This document shows positions 37,451 through 49,052 of a stretch of 64,000 bases of DNA, piece by piece; the first letter of the stretch is position 1; the number at the start of each line of letters is the position of its first letter. The notes beneath the pieces were generated by a model that had not been told where the DNA came from, did not search any database, and saw only the letters and a program-made list of their open reading frames with translations. A program made the position numbers and the translations under genes. The stretch spans positions 497,803 to 561,802 of the forward strand of contig ML996687.1 in NCBI GenBank assembly GCA_010356995.1, written 5' to 3'. Source of the DNA: Trichodelitschia bisporula (Eukaryota).

Positions 37451-40400
37451 ATGCCCTTCCGTAAGGCTGGAGTCGCATCAGACACTACAACACCATGGCT
37501 GACTCTGCTGCTCTTCTGCATCACGCTGTGGGCGACATGCGCGCAGTCCATGACAGATGAAGCCATCGCGACACTACGGTACGGCAACACGCAAGACCGA
37601 AATGCCAGACACCACTAACGCCCTGCAAGTCAGGAAACCCGCGACATCTTCTATCACGGCTACGACAACTACCTCGAGCACGCCTTTCCAGAGGACGAGC
37701 TCCGCCCGCTGACCTGCGGCGCGCTGACCCGCGACCGCGCCAACCCCGCGCACATCGAGGTCAACGACGTGCTGGGCAACTACTCGCTGACGCTGATCGA
37801 CAGCCTTTCGACGCTGGCTATTCTCGCGTCCTCGCCGCCGCCGGGAAAGTCCCCCAACCGCGCCCTCCGCGAATTCCAAGACGCTATCGCGCTGCTGGTT
37901 GAATACTATGGCGATGGCACGGAGGGGCCTCAGGGCCAGGGCAAGCGCGCTCGCGCCTTCGATCTCGACAGCAAGGTGCAGGTTTTCGAAACGGTCATCC
38001 GCGGTGTCGGTGGCCTGCTCTCAGCACACCTGTTTGCCGTCGGCGAGCTGCCGATCCGTGGGTACGATGCGAAGGTCCGGACGCGGCGCGGACGAACTGG
38101 GATCGCGTGGCCGAACGGGTTTGTGTACGATGGGCAGTTGCTGCGGCTAGCTCATGATTTGGGGAAGAGGCTGTTGCCGGCGTTTGAGACTGTGACGGGG
38201 ATACCGTATCCACGCGTCAATTTGCGCACCGGCATCCCGTTTTATCTCAACGCGCCCCGGAATGCGGATGCGGGCGGAGAGTGTCCTCGCACGCAGCCTG
38301 CTGGCGCTGAGATTACGGAGACATGCAGTGCGGGCGCCGGGAGCTTGGTTCTCGAGTTCACAACGTTGAGTCGCTTGACCGGTGATCAGCGCTTCGAGGA
38401 GGTGGCGAAGACGGCATTTTGGTCCGTTTGGCAGCGGAGGAGCAGTATTGGACTCATTGGGGGTGGTATTGATGCGGAGAGCGGGCAGTGGGTTGGGCCG
38501 TACACAGGTGTAGGTCCAGCAGCAACTCCCAGATTTTTTGTACCTAATATTCTCAGGTTGGTGCCGGCATTGACAGCTTTTTCGAGTACGCCTTCAAATC
38601 GCATATCCTCCTGTCTGGTCTACCCACGGAGCAGCCGCAGGGCAGCATGCATCCGTCCGACATATTCCTGCATGTGTGGCAGGAGGCTCATGCCGCGATT
38701 AAACGCCACATATACCGCGGAGAGTCGTTCCAGCATCCGCACTACGTACAGGGCGACTTGTACACCGGAGCCTTGCGTGCATTCTGGATCGACAGCTTGA
38801 GCGCATACTACCCGGGCCTCTTAACGCTGTCGGGTGAGCTCGAAGAGGCCATCTCCACGCACCTCCTCTACACGGCCCTTTGGACACGCTACTCGGCCCT
38901 GCCCGAGCGATGGTCTACGGCTACGGGGCGCATCGAGGGCGGCCTGCGGTGGTGGGGCGGCCGGCCCGAGTTCATCGAAAGCACGTGGTACATTTTTCGC
39001 GCCACGAAGGATCCATGGTATCTCCACGTCGGCGAAATGGCGCTTCGCGACATCAAGCGGCGGTGCTGGACTGAGTGCGGCTGGGCTGGGTTGCAGGACG
39101 TGCGGACTGGGGAGTTGAGTGACAGGATGGAGAGCTTCTTTCTCGGCGAGACGGTCAAGTATCTCTTCTTGCTGTTCGATGAGAGCCATCCGTTGAACCA
39201 TATGGATGCGCCGGTTGTGTTCACCACCGAAGGGCATCCCCTGGTTATCCCCCGAACGCGAGGCAAGTACAGCGAGTCGACGAGCCACGACCCGGACGCC
39301 CATCCTGATACTAAGGCTGTCTGCCCTAAGCCGCCAGCCGCCATTCCGCTCACCTTCTCGTCCACCGCAGCGCGGAGCGACATCTTCCACGCCGCCAGCC
39401 TCGCCCGCCTGCACCTCCTGGAAGACAAGCAAACGGAATACACAACCGACGACCCCAGCACCTCCCACCCTTCCCCCACAAACCACACCTTCTACCCCTG
39501 GACTCTCCCCCCCTCCCTCATCCCCGCCAACGGAACCTGCGCCCCCATCGCCACGCGCAGCACCTTCGACCTCTCCTTCCCCAACTTCCCGGACGGAACC
39601 ACGAGTCTGTCCTCCCTCACCCGCGTCTCCGAAGGCATCCTCGTCGGCAGCATGTCCGGTCTGCGCCTGGGCATGGTGCGCGACGATCCGCCCCTCTTTC
39701 GCATCTACACGATCAGCAACGTGGCCCTCGGCCGCGATGAGAAGGTCTTCCTCCCGCGTTCTATCCTCTCGACTTTCCACCCCGTCGACCCCTATTTCAC
39801 CCGCATCCGCGACACGCAGCGGCTGGATCTGGTGCTGGAAATTGGGCCCGAGACTCTCTCGGATCCTACCCCTGACCCGGATCCCGACGCTGTTAATGCC
39901 TCCCACCAAGCTGATCCAGGCCTGCTCACCTCCATCCTCAGCACCCTCTCCTCCATCCTCCTCGACCCCCCAACGCCCCTCCCCGTCGCCCCACAACGCA
40001 CCGAACTCTCCGCCGCCCTCCCCGCCGGCCCCGGCGCAGCCCCCCTCCCCGACATCCCCGACGCAGACGACGGCCCCCTCCCCTGGACCAGCGTGTACAT
40101 CGCCGACTCGCTGTGCTCAGGCGTGCTCGACGCATCCGTAGTGCGCAATCACCATATCCTCGTCGTGCGCCGCGGCGGGTGCAGCTTCGGGGATAAACTC
40201 CGTAATATACCCTCCTTTGCACCCAGTGCCCAGGGCCTGCAGGTCGTTGTTGTGGTCTCCGGGGATGATGGGGAGGAGGGGCTGGTGCAGCCACTGCTGG
40301 ACCATGTGCAAAGGACGCCGGGGGGGTTAGTGAGGGTTAATCCGTTGGCTATGATGGTTGTAGGGGGTGGGGAGGGGACGGTGGAGATGCTGAGGCGGGT

Positions 40401-40476
40401 GAGGGGGGTGGGGGCTCGGAGACGGTGGTGGTTTGAGAGCCAGGGGGTTAGGATTGGGAATTTGATTGTTGTTTAG
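37451..40476 (+). CDS. ER degradation-enhancing alpha-mannosidase-like protein (GH47, EDEM/HTM1/MNL1 type) with C-terminal PA domain, 3 exons
   Basis: Signal-peptide-like N-terminus (ATG 37451 or 37436); introns 37579-37629 and 38510-38556. GH47 motifs FYHGYDNYLEHAFPEDELRP, VQVFETVIRGVGGLLSAH, GAGIDSFFEY, RPEFIESTWY, DRMESFFLGETVKY and FTTEGHP; PA motif VVRRGGCSFGDK. Confidence 0.92.
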
Positions 40477-40508
40477 GGAGGGGATGCATGGCCGTAGAGG
40501 GGTGTATG

Positions 40509-41020
40509 ATAGTGGGTTAAGGGATGCATATACGGTAACGGAGGTTGTACGTGGGTAAACTGAATATGATCTGTGAAAAGGCGGGAGATGGAATTCTACT
40601 ACCTTTACTGTTGTGAAGTCAATTTGCCTGCCGGAGACCCGTCCAATTACCCGAAACCTAACTACTCGGCCAGGCAATTACTCGGCGAACCCAGCTACCC
40701 GGGGTATCCAACTACCCGGCCACCCAACTACCCAGCTGCCCAACTACCCGTCAATCTAGCTACCCGGCAATAGTGGGTAAAGGGATGCATACATGGTGGT
40801 AGGGACTGCATGAAGCAAAGCTGAACATACTCTGTGAAAAGACGGGAGATTCCATTCTACTACCTTCACTATCGCAAAGTCAATTTGCCTGCCGGAGACC
40901 CATCCAATTACCCGCAAACACAACTACCCTGGCGAACACAACTACCCGGGCAATCCAGTTACCCGGCCATCCAGCTGCTCGAGTCATTCAACTACCCGGC
41001 CATCCAACTACCCGAAAGCC
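40509..41020. repeat. Two diverged ~261-bp direct repeats, each containing a 15-18-bp minisatellite (core CAACTACCCG)
   Basis: Units start ATAGTGGGT(T/A)AAGGGATGCAT at 40509 and 40770 and share AAGTCAATTTGCCTGCCGGAGACCC; they carry 8 and 7 copies of the YTACCCG-like core. Confidence 0.92.
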
Positions 41021-41069
41021 ACACCAAAATCGTTACACATCCCCCTCGGACTCCCATCCGCATCCGCAT

Positions 41070-43703
41070 CTAAACGCTGTTTTCCACCGTCGTAATAACA
41101 AGCCACAACTCCGGATCCCCCTCATCCCCCTCATCCCCCCCACGCCCCCTACCCCTCCCTCCCCTCCTTCCCTCCCTCCTCCCCTCCTTCCTCCCCCGTC
41201 TCCGTTCCTTCCTCTCCATCCTCCTAGCCCCGCGTTCCATCCTCCTCGTCGCCCTAACAGCCCTCTTCTCCGCCTTCCTTGCCCCCCTCTCCACTTTCCG
41301 CGCCTGGCGCCTCGCGCCCTTACCCCCCTCCCAAGCATCCCACTTCGCGCGTTCGCCCTCCAACCACTGCCGCTGCTCCGCCGCCTCGAGCAGGCCATGC
41401 TGGCGCCACATTTCGATAGCAGAGGCGGGCATTTGCCCCGCTGCGCGCTGGCCCTCGGCGCGGGCTTCAGTGGCTGCGACTTGTAGGTCGAAAATGCGGG
41501 ATGGAGTGGGGGGGCGGGCGTACGGATGTGCGGTGCGGCGGTGGAGACGCTCCTCTTCGGAGTCTGAGTCCGAGTCGTCAGAGGAGTCAGAGTCGCTGGA
41601 CTCGGACTCGGAAGATTCGTCCGACTCGGAGGGTTCGGACTCAGCGGGCGCTTTGCCCTTGCCCTTGTACTTCGCCTTCTCGCGCTCGCGCTCGCGCTTC
41701 TCGCGTTCCTTCTCCTTCCTCTCCATCTCCTTCATTTTCCTCTCGTGCTCCTTCTCCTCCTCCCTTATCTTCCTCTCGCGCTCTTTCTCCTCCTCGCGAA
41801 TCTTCCTCTCGCGTTCCTTTTCAATTTCTTTCCACCGCTTATAACCTCCCCTCTCCTTCTCCTTCCACTTCTTCCCCTCCTCCTTGGCCATATCCGCAAT
41901 CCGCTTCGATTCCTCCTTCGCCATCTCCTTCCACTTCTTCATATCCTCCTTCTTTCTCTCGCGCTCGCACTTCGCCCTCTCCCGCGGACACCCATCCTCG
42001 GGCGCACCCGCACCTCCCGACGGCGGCGCCCCGCACCCCGGCGGCCCACCAGCACCAGCGCTAAACTGCGTAGCCCACTCCGTCATCCTCCGCGCAAACT
42101 GCTCGCTCCACTCCCCCACACCCGCACCAACATTCGCACCCATAGCACCAATCTCAGCACCCACACCAGCACCAACACTAACCGGCCTACCAGTCCCACT
42201 CGGCCCCGCAACCCCCTCACCCGCACCCCACCCCCTCTGCCCCCACCCACCACCACCACCACCACCACCACCCCACCCGCGTCCCCGTCCTCTCTGCGCG
42301 CCCCAACCCCCCCACCCACCCCAGCCTCCCCATCCACCCCACGCCTGCGCCCCGGGCTGTCCGCGCCCGAACGGGAACCCGGGAGGGCCGTGGTCCCCAG
42401 CCATACCAGCCAGATGTCCTGCCATACCAGCCCGATGTCCTGCCATACCAGCCCGATGTCCTGCCATAGCCGCCTGATGTCCAGCCATAGCAGCCTGCCG
42501 TCCCGCCAAATCAGCCTGATGCCCCGGATGCCCAGGATGTCCGAACCCATGCCCAGGGAACATAACGCCGTGTGGCACCATCGCGGGGACGTGGTACCCA
42601 AGCGCCGGATGCACGGGATGTGTGCCCGGCGGCGGGCCGAAGGGGAATTGAAATGGGAAGGAAGGGGGTGCGCTCGTGGGCGCGGCCGGCGCGTGAGGGC
42701 TTGGGCTTGGGGTGCTGAGGCTTATGGCGCCGAGGCTGGCGGCGAGACTCGTGGTGCTGGTGCGGGGGTCAGGTGTGCCGCGGGGGGCGCCGGTTGGCGA
42801 GGACGCGGCGTACGGTGGTGCTTCGTCGGGGGCTGGATGTTGTGCACTGAGTGCCCGGGCTAGGGATTCGAGTTCCATCGTGCCTTTTTCTTCCTCCGGG
42901 ACTGCCGGGCTGAGACGCTCGATATATGGTACGAGCGATTCAGCGGCGGCGAAGGCGGCGCCCGATGCCGCTGCTGGGAGGGGGATGCCCGCGCGGCTAA
43001 GCCGGCGTGCTTCCTCCAGAAGCGCGGCGCGGACGGTGGGGTTTCTGATTGCGGAGTCGAGGAGGGTGGGGAGGGAGATGAGGGATGCGTGGAGGGAGAG
43101 TGGGTTGAGGAGGGTTGTGTTTAGGTGGGTTAGATAGGTTTGGACGAGGGTGAGGTGGGGTGGGGTGAGGAGGAGGGCGTTGAGCGTGTCGAGGATTGTG
43201 GCTGTTTGTTGCGGGGTGAGGTGTGCGGATAGCGCGGGGACGGTGCACCGCGCTAAACGCGGAGGGTGCGAGGGCGAGCGGGAGAGCGTGGGGATGGCGA
43301 TTGGTGAACGTGGTGGGGTGGGCCGGATGGAGGGGGCGTTGAGGAGGGGTGTTTGTGCGAGGGCGCGGGTTAGGAGTTCGGTTCTCGGAGAGGAGGGGCG
43401 GATGGGTGTCGATGGAGGGGGGTTTTGCTCATGGTGTTCCTCCTTCAGCGGCGGATCGGGTGGGATGATTGTTCTGAAGACCTGGATTGATTCAGGCGGC
43501 GGAGCGGGGAGGGGCGCGTCACGGCGGCCCGCGGCGGCGGCTTGCGATTCATCGTAGGAGGGCGGGAGGTCTGGGTGGTCTGCTGAGTGCGGCGTGAGGA
43601 CGGGAGATGAGGTCGTGGTTTCGAAGTCGCTGTCTTCGAAGTCGATGAGTGGGGGTTGGGGATGGGTCGGAGTGGAGATCTGGAGGGGTGGTTTTTCGTC
43701 CAT
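41070..43703 (-). CDS. Hypothetical low-complexity protein (Pro-rich N-terminus, His/Met heptad repeats, GW/RG region, charged coiled coil)
   Basis: 877-aa intronless ATG ORF with PPSY/PPY motifs, one likely folded segment (PIAIP..ILDTLNALL..YLTHLNTTLLNP) and C-terminal LWLVIT. Confidence 0.75.
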   Translation of the reverse strand: MDEKPPLQISTPTHPQPPLIDFEDSDFETTTSSPVLTPHSADHPDLPPSYDESQAAAAGRRDAPLPAPPPESIQVFRTIIPPDPPLKEEHHEQNPPPSTPIRPSSPRTELLTRALAQTPLLNAPSIRPTPPRSPIAIPTLSRSPSHPPRLARCTVPALSAHLTPQQTATILDTLNALLLTPPHLTLVQTYLTHLNTTLLNPLSLHASLISLPTLLDSAIRNPTVRAALLEEARRLSRAGIPLPAAASGAAFAAAESLVPYIERLSPAVPEEEKGTMELESLARALSAQHPAPDEAPPYAASSPTGAPRGTPDPRTSTTSLAASLGAISLSTPSPSPHAPAAPTSAPPSFPFQFPFGPPPGTHPVHPALGYHVPAMVPHGVMFPGHGFGHPGHPGHQADLAGRQAAMAGHQAAMAGHRAGMAGHRAGMAGHLAGMAGDHGPPGFPFGRGQPGAQAWGGWGGWGGWGGWGAQRGRGRGWGGGGGGGGGWGQRGWGAGEGVAGPSGTGRPVSVGAGVGAEIGAMGANVGAGVGEWSEQFARRMTEWATQFSAGAGGPPGCGAPPSGGAGAPEDGCPRERAKCERERKKEDMKKWKEMAKEESKRIADMAKEEGKKWKEKERGGYKRWKEIEKERERKIREEEKERERKIREEEKEHERKMKEMERKEKEREKREREREKAKYKGKGKAPAESEPSESDESSESESSDSDSSDDSDSDSEEERLHRRTAHPYARPPTPSRIFDLQVAATEARAEGQRAAGQMPASAIEMWRQHGLLEAAEQRQWLEGERAKWDAWEGGKGARRQARKVERGARKAEKRAVRATRRMERGARRMERKERRRGRKEGRREGRRGGRGRGRGGDEGDEGDPELWLVITTVENSV
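42398..42512 (-). repeat. 21-nt coding tandem repeat (AGHxAxM heptads)
   Basis: GCCATACCAGCCCGATGTCCT-like units on +, translating AGRQAAM AGHQAAM AGHRAGM AGHRAGM AGHLAGM. Confidence 0.9.
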
Positions 43704-44744
43704 TGTGGTAAGTATGAAGCTGACAAAATGGTGGAGGGAGCACCAGAGAGATGGATAAGATGGAGGCTTAGTTGTATAAGATGGAGCCTGATTGTGCTGA
43801 CGTAGACCTTCTGCACCGGATACGATGCGTTCAATGAAGGTCGTTTGAAAACTGCTGCCTGGTGCAATGAGGAGACATGGCGCTGGTGTTGAGGTACAGG
43901 GCTAGCCTTTTTCAGCCCTAACCCCGCAGGCCCTACTTCGGGCGGAGCAGGGATCGGCGGGGCCGTGAGGCTGTGGGGGCCGGGCCTTGACGGAGCGGGC
44001 CGAGTAGGGTGGAATGCGTGGTACGGGAGACTCGGACTTGTGACTTCATCGTTCTTTGTTCTCGGAACTGGAGGCACGAAGGAATCGGTGAACAAAGCAA
44101 ATCTCTTCTGTGGCAAGGCTGAGAGCTTCAAAGAGGTTTTGTTCTCTGATTGCCCTGTCCACAAACTCGCTTTTAAATGTCTCGTTCTCCGCGGTACTCG
44201 ATTCTTGAGATCATCTACATCTCAAGAACCTCATATCTTAACCAAAATCATCTGTTTATCGTGCCCTAAAGCCTTGGATATGCGGTCACAGTCCGTTCAG
44301 AAGCCGAACCCAGAAGCAGCTGTGCCGAAACGGCGACCGCAACTCACCGACTTGCCACGCCTTCAAACCGAGCCCCCACCGACTCTGCAAGACCGCTATT
44401 GGCAGATGCTGAAGAAGCTTACAAATGCCCAGAAGTTGTCGCCGACTTTTCTGAGGCCGCAAACTATGTCTAGAGGTGGGCACTTCTTCTGAAATTCGAG
44501 AAAGATTCATGAGTCTGACTCCAAGTTAAGGGAACATAACGAGCTGATCTCCGATCTGGGAGTGCTACTCTCCTCGGAATGCTGAGGCTGAGCTGCATGT
44601 GTGCCAAGATTCTATTGGCTATTTGGCGTTATCGTCGTTCTGCACGCGCCCGTCTAGCGGGATTTCGCATCCATAAGTGCTATCCTCTCGCCCGCTGGCA
44701 CGCTTCTTTGTCGCAGGCTAACACAAGCGCAGCTTTGCCTCATC

Positions 44745-45713
44745 ATGCCCACCCGTCACATTATACCCCCCCCCATCCTCGCATGCATCATCTTCGCCCA
44801 ACAGGTATTCGCCGCAACGCGCTATTCCAATAACTACTGGGCCGCCAGATGGCTCAACTCCACCGATCTCGAAGCCTGCCATTACCGCACCGCCCGGACC
44901 CCACCCCCTGGCCAGTGCTATGAGATGGCCAACTGCATCCTAGAATCCCTCTCCGAGTACGCCAAAGTGGGCCTTGCGTCCGGCACCTCGGTCCTCAGCC
45001 TCGTCCCCTCGGCCCTCGCACTGATACCCGCGCGCGGGAGCGGAGTCGAAGAAATCTTCGAGACCATGGGTGTGCTGTACTTTCTCCTTAGCATCTTCTC
45101 CGGGTACGTACGCATCGGCGACGCGAGCTCGCACTTGGCCAAAGAAATTGGAGCCGAGCCCAACGCCGCCGAGGCCCAGTTTGAAAGGGGAAGAGAAAAG
45201 TACAGGCTGGGGAAGCGGCACTACGCTTTTTGCGGCTTGACGGCGGCGCTGGCGGGGATTACGGTGTTCCTTGCGACGGAGCTCGGCGTCCAGACCGTAG
45301 TGACATGGGCGTGTAACCACGAGCTGCTTCACGTCGGGTGGCTGTTCTGCCGGATGCTGCCCGGGTTGGCAGAGTTTGCTCTTGTGCGGCTGGTGCGGCG
45401 CATGCTTCAAAATCGTCCATCTTGGTCTGTCGGTGGTGTTGGATCCCGCGGATGGATCCTCGCGAAGGGGGCGAATGGTCTGAGCTTGGCCCTGTATGGC
45501 TTGGTGGTGATTTACGGGACAGGTCTTTTCGGCTCGACAAATTTGATTGATGGGGGCGAGGTCATGTGGAAGTATATGGTCATGTTTCCGCTATTGTACT
45601 TTGTTATGCAGTCCATGTTAGCAGCGGGTACGGTATGGAGGATATCCGACTCTCGAGGGTGTAGGAACGCTTCCCCTGGAGCGGTAGCTCTATCTGTTCG
45701 ACCAACCAAATGA
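44745..45713 (+). CDS. Hypothetical multi-pass membrane protein with signal peptide
   Basis: 322-aa ORF with an N-terminal hydrophobic leader, a Cys-containing segment (ACHY..QCYEMANCILESL..ASGTSVLSLVPSAL) and several TM stretches. Confidence 0.7.
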   Translation: MPTRHIIPPPILACIIFAQQVFAATRYSNNYWAARWLNSTDLEACHYRTARTPPPGQCYEMANCILESLSEYAKVGLASGTSVLSLVPSALALIPARGSGVEEIFETMGVLYFLLSIFSGYVRIGDASSHLAKEIGAEPNAAEAQFERGREKYRLGKRHYAFCGLTAALAGITVFLATELGVQTVVTWACNHELLHVGWLFCRMLPGLAEFALVRLVRRMLQNRPSWSVGGVGSRGWILAKGANGLSLALYGLVVIYGTGLFGSTNLIDGGEVMWKYMVMFPLLYFVMQSMLAAGTVWRISDSRGCRNASPGAVALSVRPTK

Positions 45714-46825
45714 GAAAATCTGCGACTTTACACCAGTTACGGGACTCAAGATGCGGATAATCAGAAGGAGAGGTAACCTTCCTGTTAGAATTAGCGTACT
45801 CGAGTGCTTATACAGGAACATATTCTTGATAGAGGTCGTCTAGTCAGTGAACCGGCAAAGCTTACGTCGACATCCTTCACGATCGCGGCTCGACCGCCAC
45901 AATTCCAGGGTCATCATGACGTTCATTCGTCGGAAGCAGAAGAAGATATCAAAAAGGTTGGTTTGCGGACATTATCAATGCCCTGAGCCCTGGCAATTTG
46001 GTCCTGTTGCTCGAATCTGCCCGCGTATTCTTAGAAACTTGACGTTGAGCGCTTCTATTCCTGGCTTTCTCCGCGGCAATTCAGTGGGTTAGGTGTTGTC
46101 TTTCCTTGCGTCCACGAACACCCGCGCGTGGAAGCCTCGAGGTGCCAGTCCGCCTCAAGGTGCACGAGATCGGGGCTGCGCCATTGGCAGATCGGCCCGG
46201 GAAGCGTGTTGGTGGCGCAGCACCGAGAATAGTAATTCGGCCCGCGAACTCGGTATTGACGTATGCTCGACCACTCAAGTGCAGCGTCCCACGGTTGTGC
46301 CGCAAAGGAGCCTCCAATATTAGAATTAAGGATATGCAAGTTCGCTGCACAGACTTCCTGTCGCGGGGATCGGTGGTGACTTTCACCTCCCCTTGATTGG
46401 ACCGGGTGTACCCGTTGCACTTAGTGCGGAGTTCGTGACCGTGAGGTCAGGAACCGCACTCGCATATGTTCCACTCCACCATGAACTGACCTGGTGAGAG
46501 TCTTGTTGCGCATTCTGCCTTTGCGGGACTGTTGGTGGCAATTAGCAGCGGAAGGTGCCGCAGTGCCCGGGCCTTGGGACAGGTCTGCAGCTCGAGATGT
46601 TGGACCAGACCCGTGCATCATCCCACCATAGTGGATATATCTTTAGCTCTTCAAGGTGAGTATATAGACCGATGAAACACCAAGCGCCTCTTGGACAATC
46701 CGACCACAGTCACAACCATCATCATTGATCCTCAGCCTTCAGTCACCACCTCAGCCTCGCACTACAACGCCTCTGCGTGTGTCGTACATAACTGTTGCCG
46801 AATTTATACACTCTCCCACTCCGCA

Positions 46826-47422
46826 ATGGCAGCATCCACCCGCCTCATCTGCCTCAGCGCCTCGGATATCAAACACGTCGAGCATCAAGCCATGGCCGCC
46901 AAACTCCGTCGAAAACCCTCCCTCCACCTCATTACCAGCTTCCCCACACCTCCAACCTCATCACACCGGTACTCGCGCTTCCAGCTCTCACCTCTCCACT
47001 CGACCTTCCCCTCTCAACAACCCACCTCGCACTTCTCCTGGGACTCCGACTACGGGCATCCAGAACCTTCATCAGCAAGCCCCTCATCCGCTTGCAGCAG
47101 CGCCAGTACTTCCGAAGGGTCGATGCTAGACCGGTACATGCTCGAGCCGCCGCTGGTGGTCCCGGTTGCACGACGAGTACGCCAGCCTGTACTGGCCTCG
47201 CCGAGCCCGAGCCCCAGTCCTGTCGAACGACAGTGCGAGCTCGGCGTGCACTTTACCACCGAGGAGGTCCCGGTCGTGATGATGTGTCCGATGGTGAATA
47301 GAGGCCGGGTGGGGATGGGAGACTATCTTTCCAAAGTGCATTTAAGGCACCGGGGGGAATGTATAGAGGGATGGACGGCTGTGGGCGACGCTGGAGGGGG
47401 GGTTTATAGGCTTGGCGTTTAG
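46826..47422 (+). CDS. Ser/Pro-rich 'FxLSP' family member 1 (short form)
   Basis: ATG 46826 within ORF 46691-47422. Motifs RYSRFQLSPL and SMLDRYMLEPPLVVPVAR are shared with the next ORF. Confidence 0.6.
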   Translation: MAASTRLICLSASDIKHVEHQAMAAKLRRKPSLHLITSFPTPPTSSHRYSRFQLSPLHSTFPSQQPTSHFSWDSDYGHPEPSSASPSSACSSASTSEGSMLDRYMLEPPLVVPVARRVRQPVLASPSPSPSPVERQCELGVHFTTEEVPVVMMCPMVNRGRVGMGDYLSKVHLRHRGECIEGWTAVGDAGGGVYRLGV

Positions 47423-49052
47423 GTTGGGTCAGGAAGGAGCGATGGGCTTCTGGGTGCGATGACGATATACATCAGACCCTCCGGTTTGACTGCAGTTCGG
47501 GAGCACGGGCATTGTCGATGGGCGCCAGTTTCATTTGCTTGAAGTTGGGATGTCTGTACGCGTAGTAGTTGATATGAGGCGGCAAAGAGCCTAGGAGATC
47601 AGTCAGTCGTCCTATTACAGTAATGTCCCAAAGCATGACTTGAACTTGAACATGCGCGATGGTCTGACGTCATAGAGTATGTGTGCTCCAAAGAAGCTGT
47701 CAGATGTGAGACCCGAAGCATCGGACTTAAGATAGCAATAGGACGGCGATGGCAGAATCCCCCCAGCTCAGGAGTCAGGGGAATATGCGAGCCGTTGAAT
47801 GTCCACCGAAATGTGTGTGCGTAGATGTACCCAGCCAAAAGGTGACTGGGATAGAAGCTCAGCCGGGAGGGCCCAGCTGTCAACAGAGTAGAGAGCAACG
47901 GCCATGAAGGGCAGCCTCAATGAGGGAGTAGGTGCGAATCGAGAAGGTCTGCTTCGTTGACAACGAATCTTCCATGGCTCCACTTCTCTACCATGCGAGG
48001 CTTCCTGTCCTGAGATTATTAGTGGCTGATTTGACATTTCGGTGGGTCGATCTGGCGATGAAGCGATTGGTTGTTAGGCTTCCCCAACCTTCATCCAGCC
48101 TATCTCCATTGACCATGTGAGCATCAAGACGAATCCGTCACTTTTTCCATCGCTCGACTTTCAAAGGCAATTGGGCAGCATGGAGCCTGCAAATATTTGC
48201 CGTCAATTCAGTTACTTCCTTACCATTCGCCTGCCGTGCGGGGAAGATACACATAAAAATGCGCTAATTTAGTGCAATTGGCTCACAGCGGCTGGACTGC
48301 AGCCTCTTTCGCATCAGTCACCATCAACCGTCCTCAACCCCAACCTCAGCTTTCTTCCCCTCCTTACGGATGTGCACAGTACGGACGTACTCGCGCATAC
48401 TCCGTAGAAACCCGAGCAAAAGGTCAGCTCACTCTCACTCCCGAGAAGAACACAGAGCAGCTCCGGGCTATCCGGCTGTGTAAGTACTCTCTTCTCCCCC
48501 ATTCCCAACCTCCCCCCCCCCACACTTGCTGTCTAATATTATCCCAAGCTTGCCCGAAGGTGTGCCCTGCAGGTTTCCAGTGCCAAGGTCACACCTCATG
48601 CGCCCATCACGCCCACGCACCTGCTATCCACCCGGCCTCATTGGCGGCCATGTTGGCCGGGGTAGCGCAACGGAACGTTTCGTGCCCTGTGGCGGGGAGA
48701 GTGGCCGCGGGGGCATGACCGGGTAGCAAACTGCTCCAAACCCGGTTCGGGCCCATTTCGGAGAACAATGTGGTGATGCGAGAGTCAGTTGCAGGCGCCA
48801 TTTTTTCCCTGGCTACCGTAATCACTAAGGACTACGAGCAAACATGCGACCCGCATTGCGCTCGTTCCTGGCCCCCCCGACACCTCCTTCCCCCGCAAAA
48901 CCGCCGTTGGGTCCTCTCCGCCGGGTGATATTCTTACTTAACGACCCGCAGCCGCCCAGTCAACCCGCGCGCGACCCAAGCTCTTCGCCGCGACCCACAC
49001 CGGGTGTCCGTACCCACCGTCCCACCTCCTCTCCTCCGCACGGCCTATCCCG

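Noticed and set aside
38821..39996. Long antisense or alternative-frame ORFs (also 4749-5552, 20172-20903, 41745-42863, 55610-56488, 58259-59269)
   Set aside because: They are shadows of GC-rich coding genes on the opposite strand or in another frame.
40640..41015. Telomere-like repeats
   Set aside because: The core CAACTACCCG with ~16-bp period is not the TTAGGG/CCCTAA hexamer, and it is interstitial between genes.
43965..44492. 175-aa ORF upstream of the membrane protein gene
   Set aside because: Non-ATG start, only ~70 aa from the first ATG, and no recognisable family.
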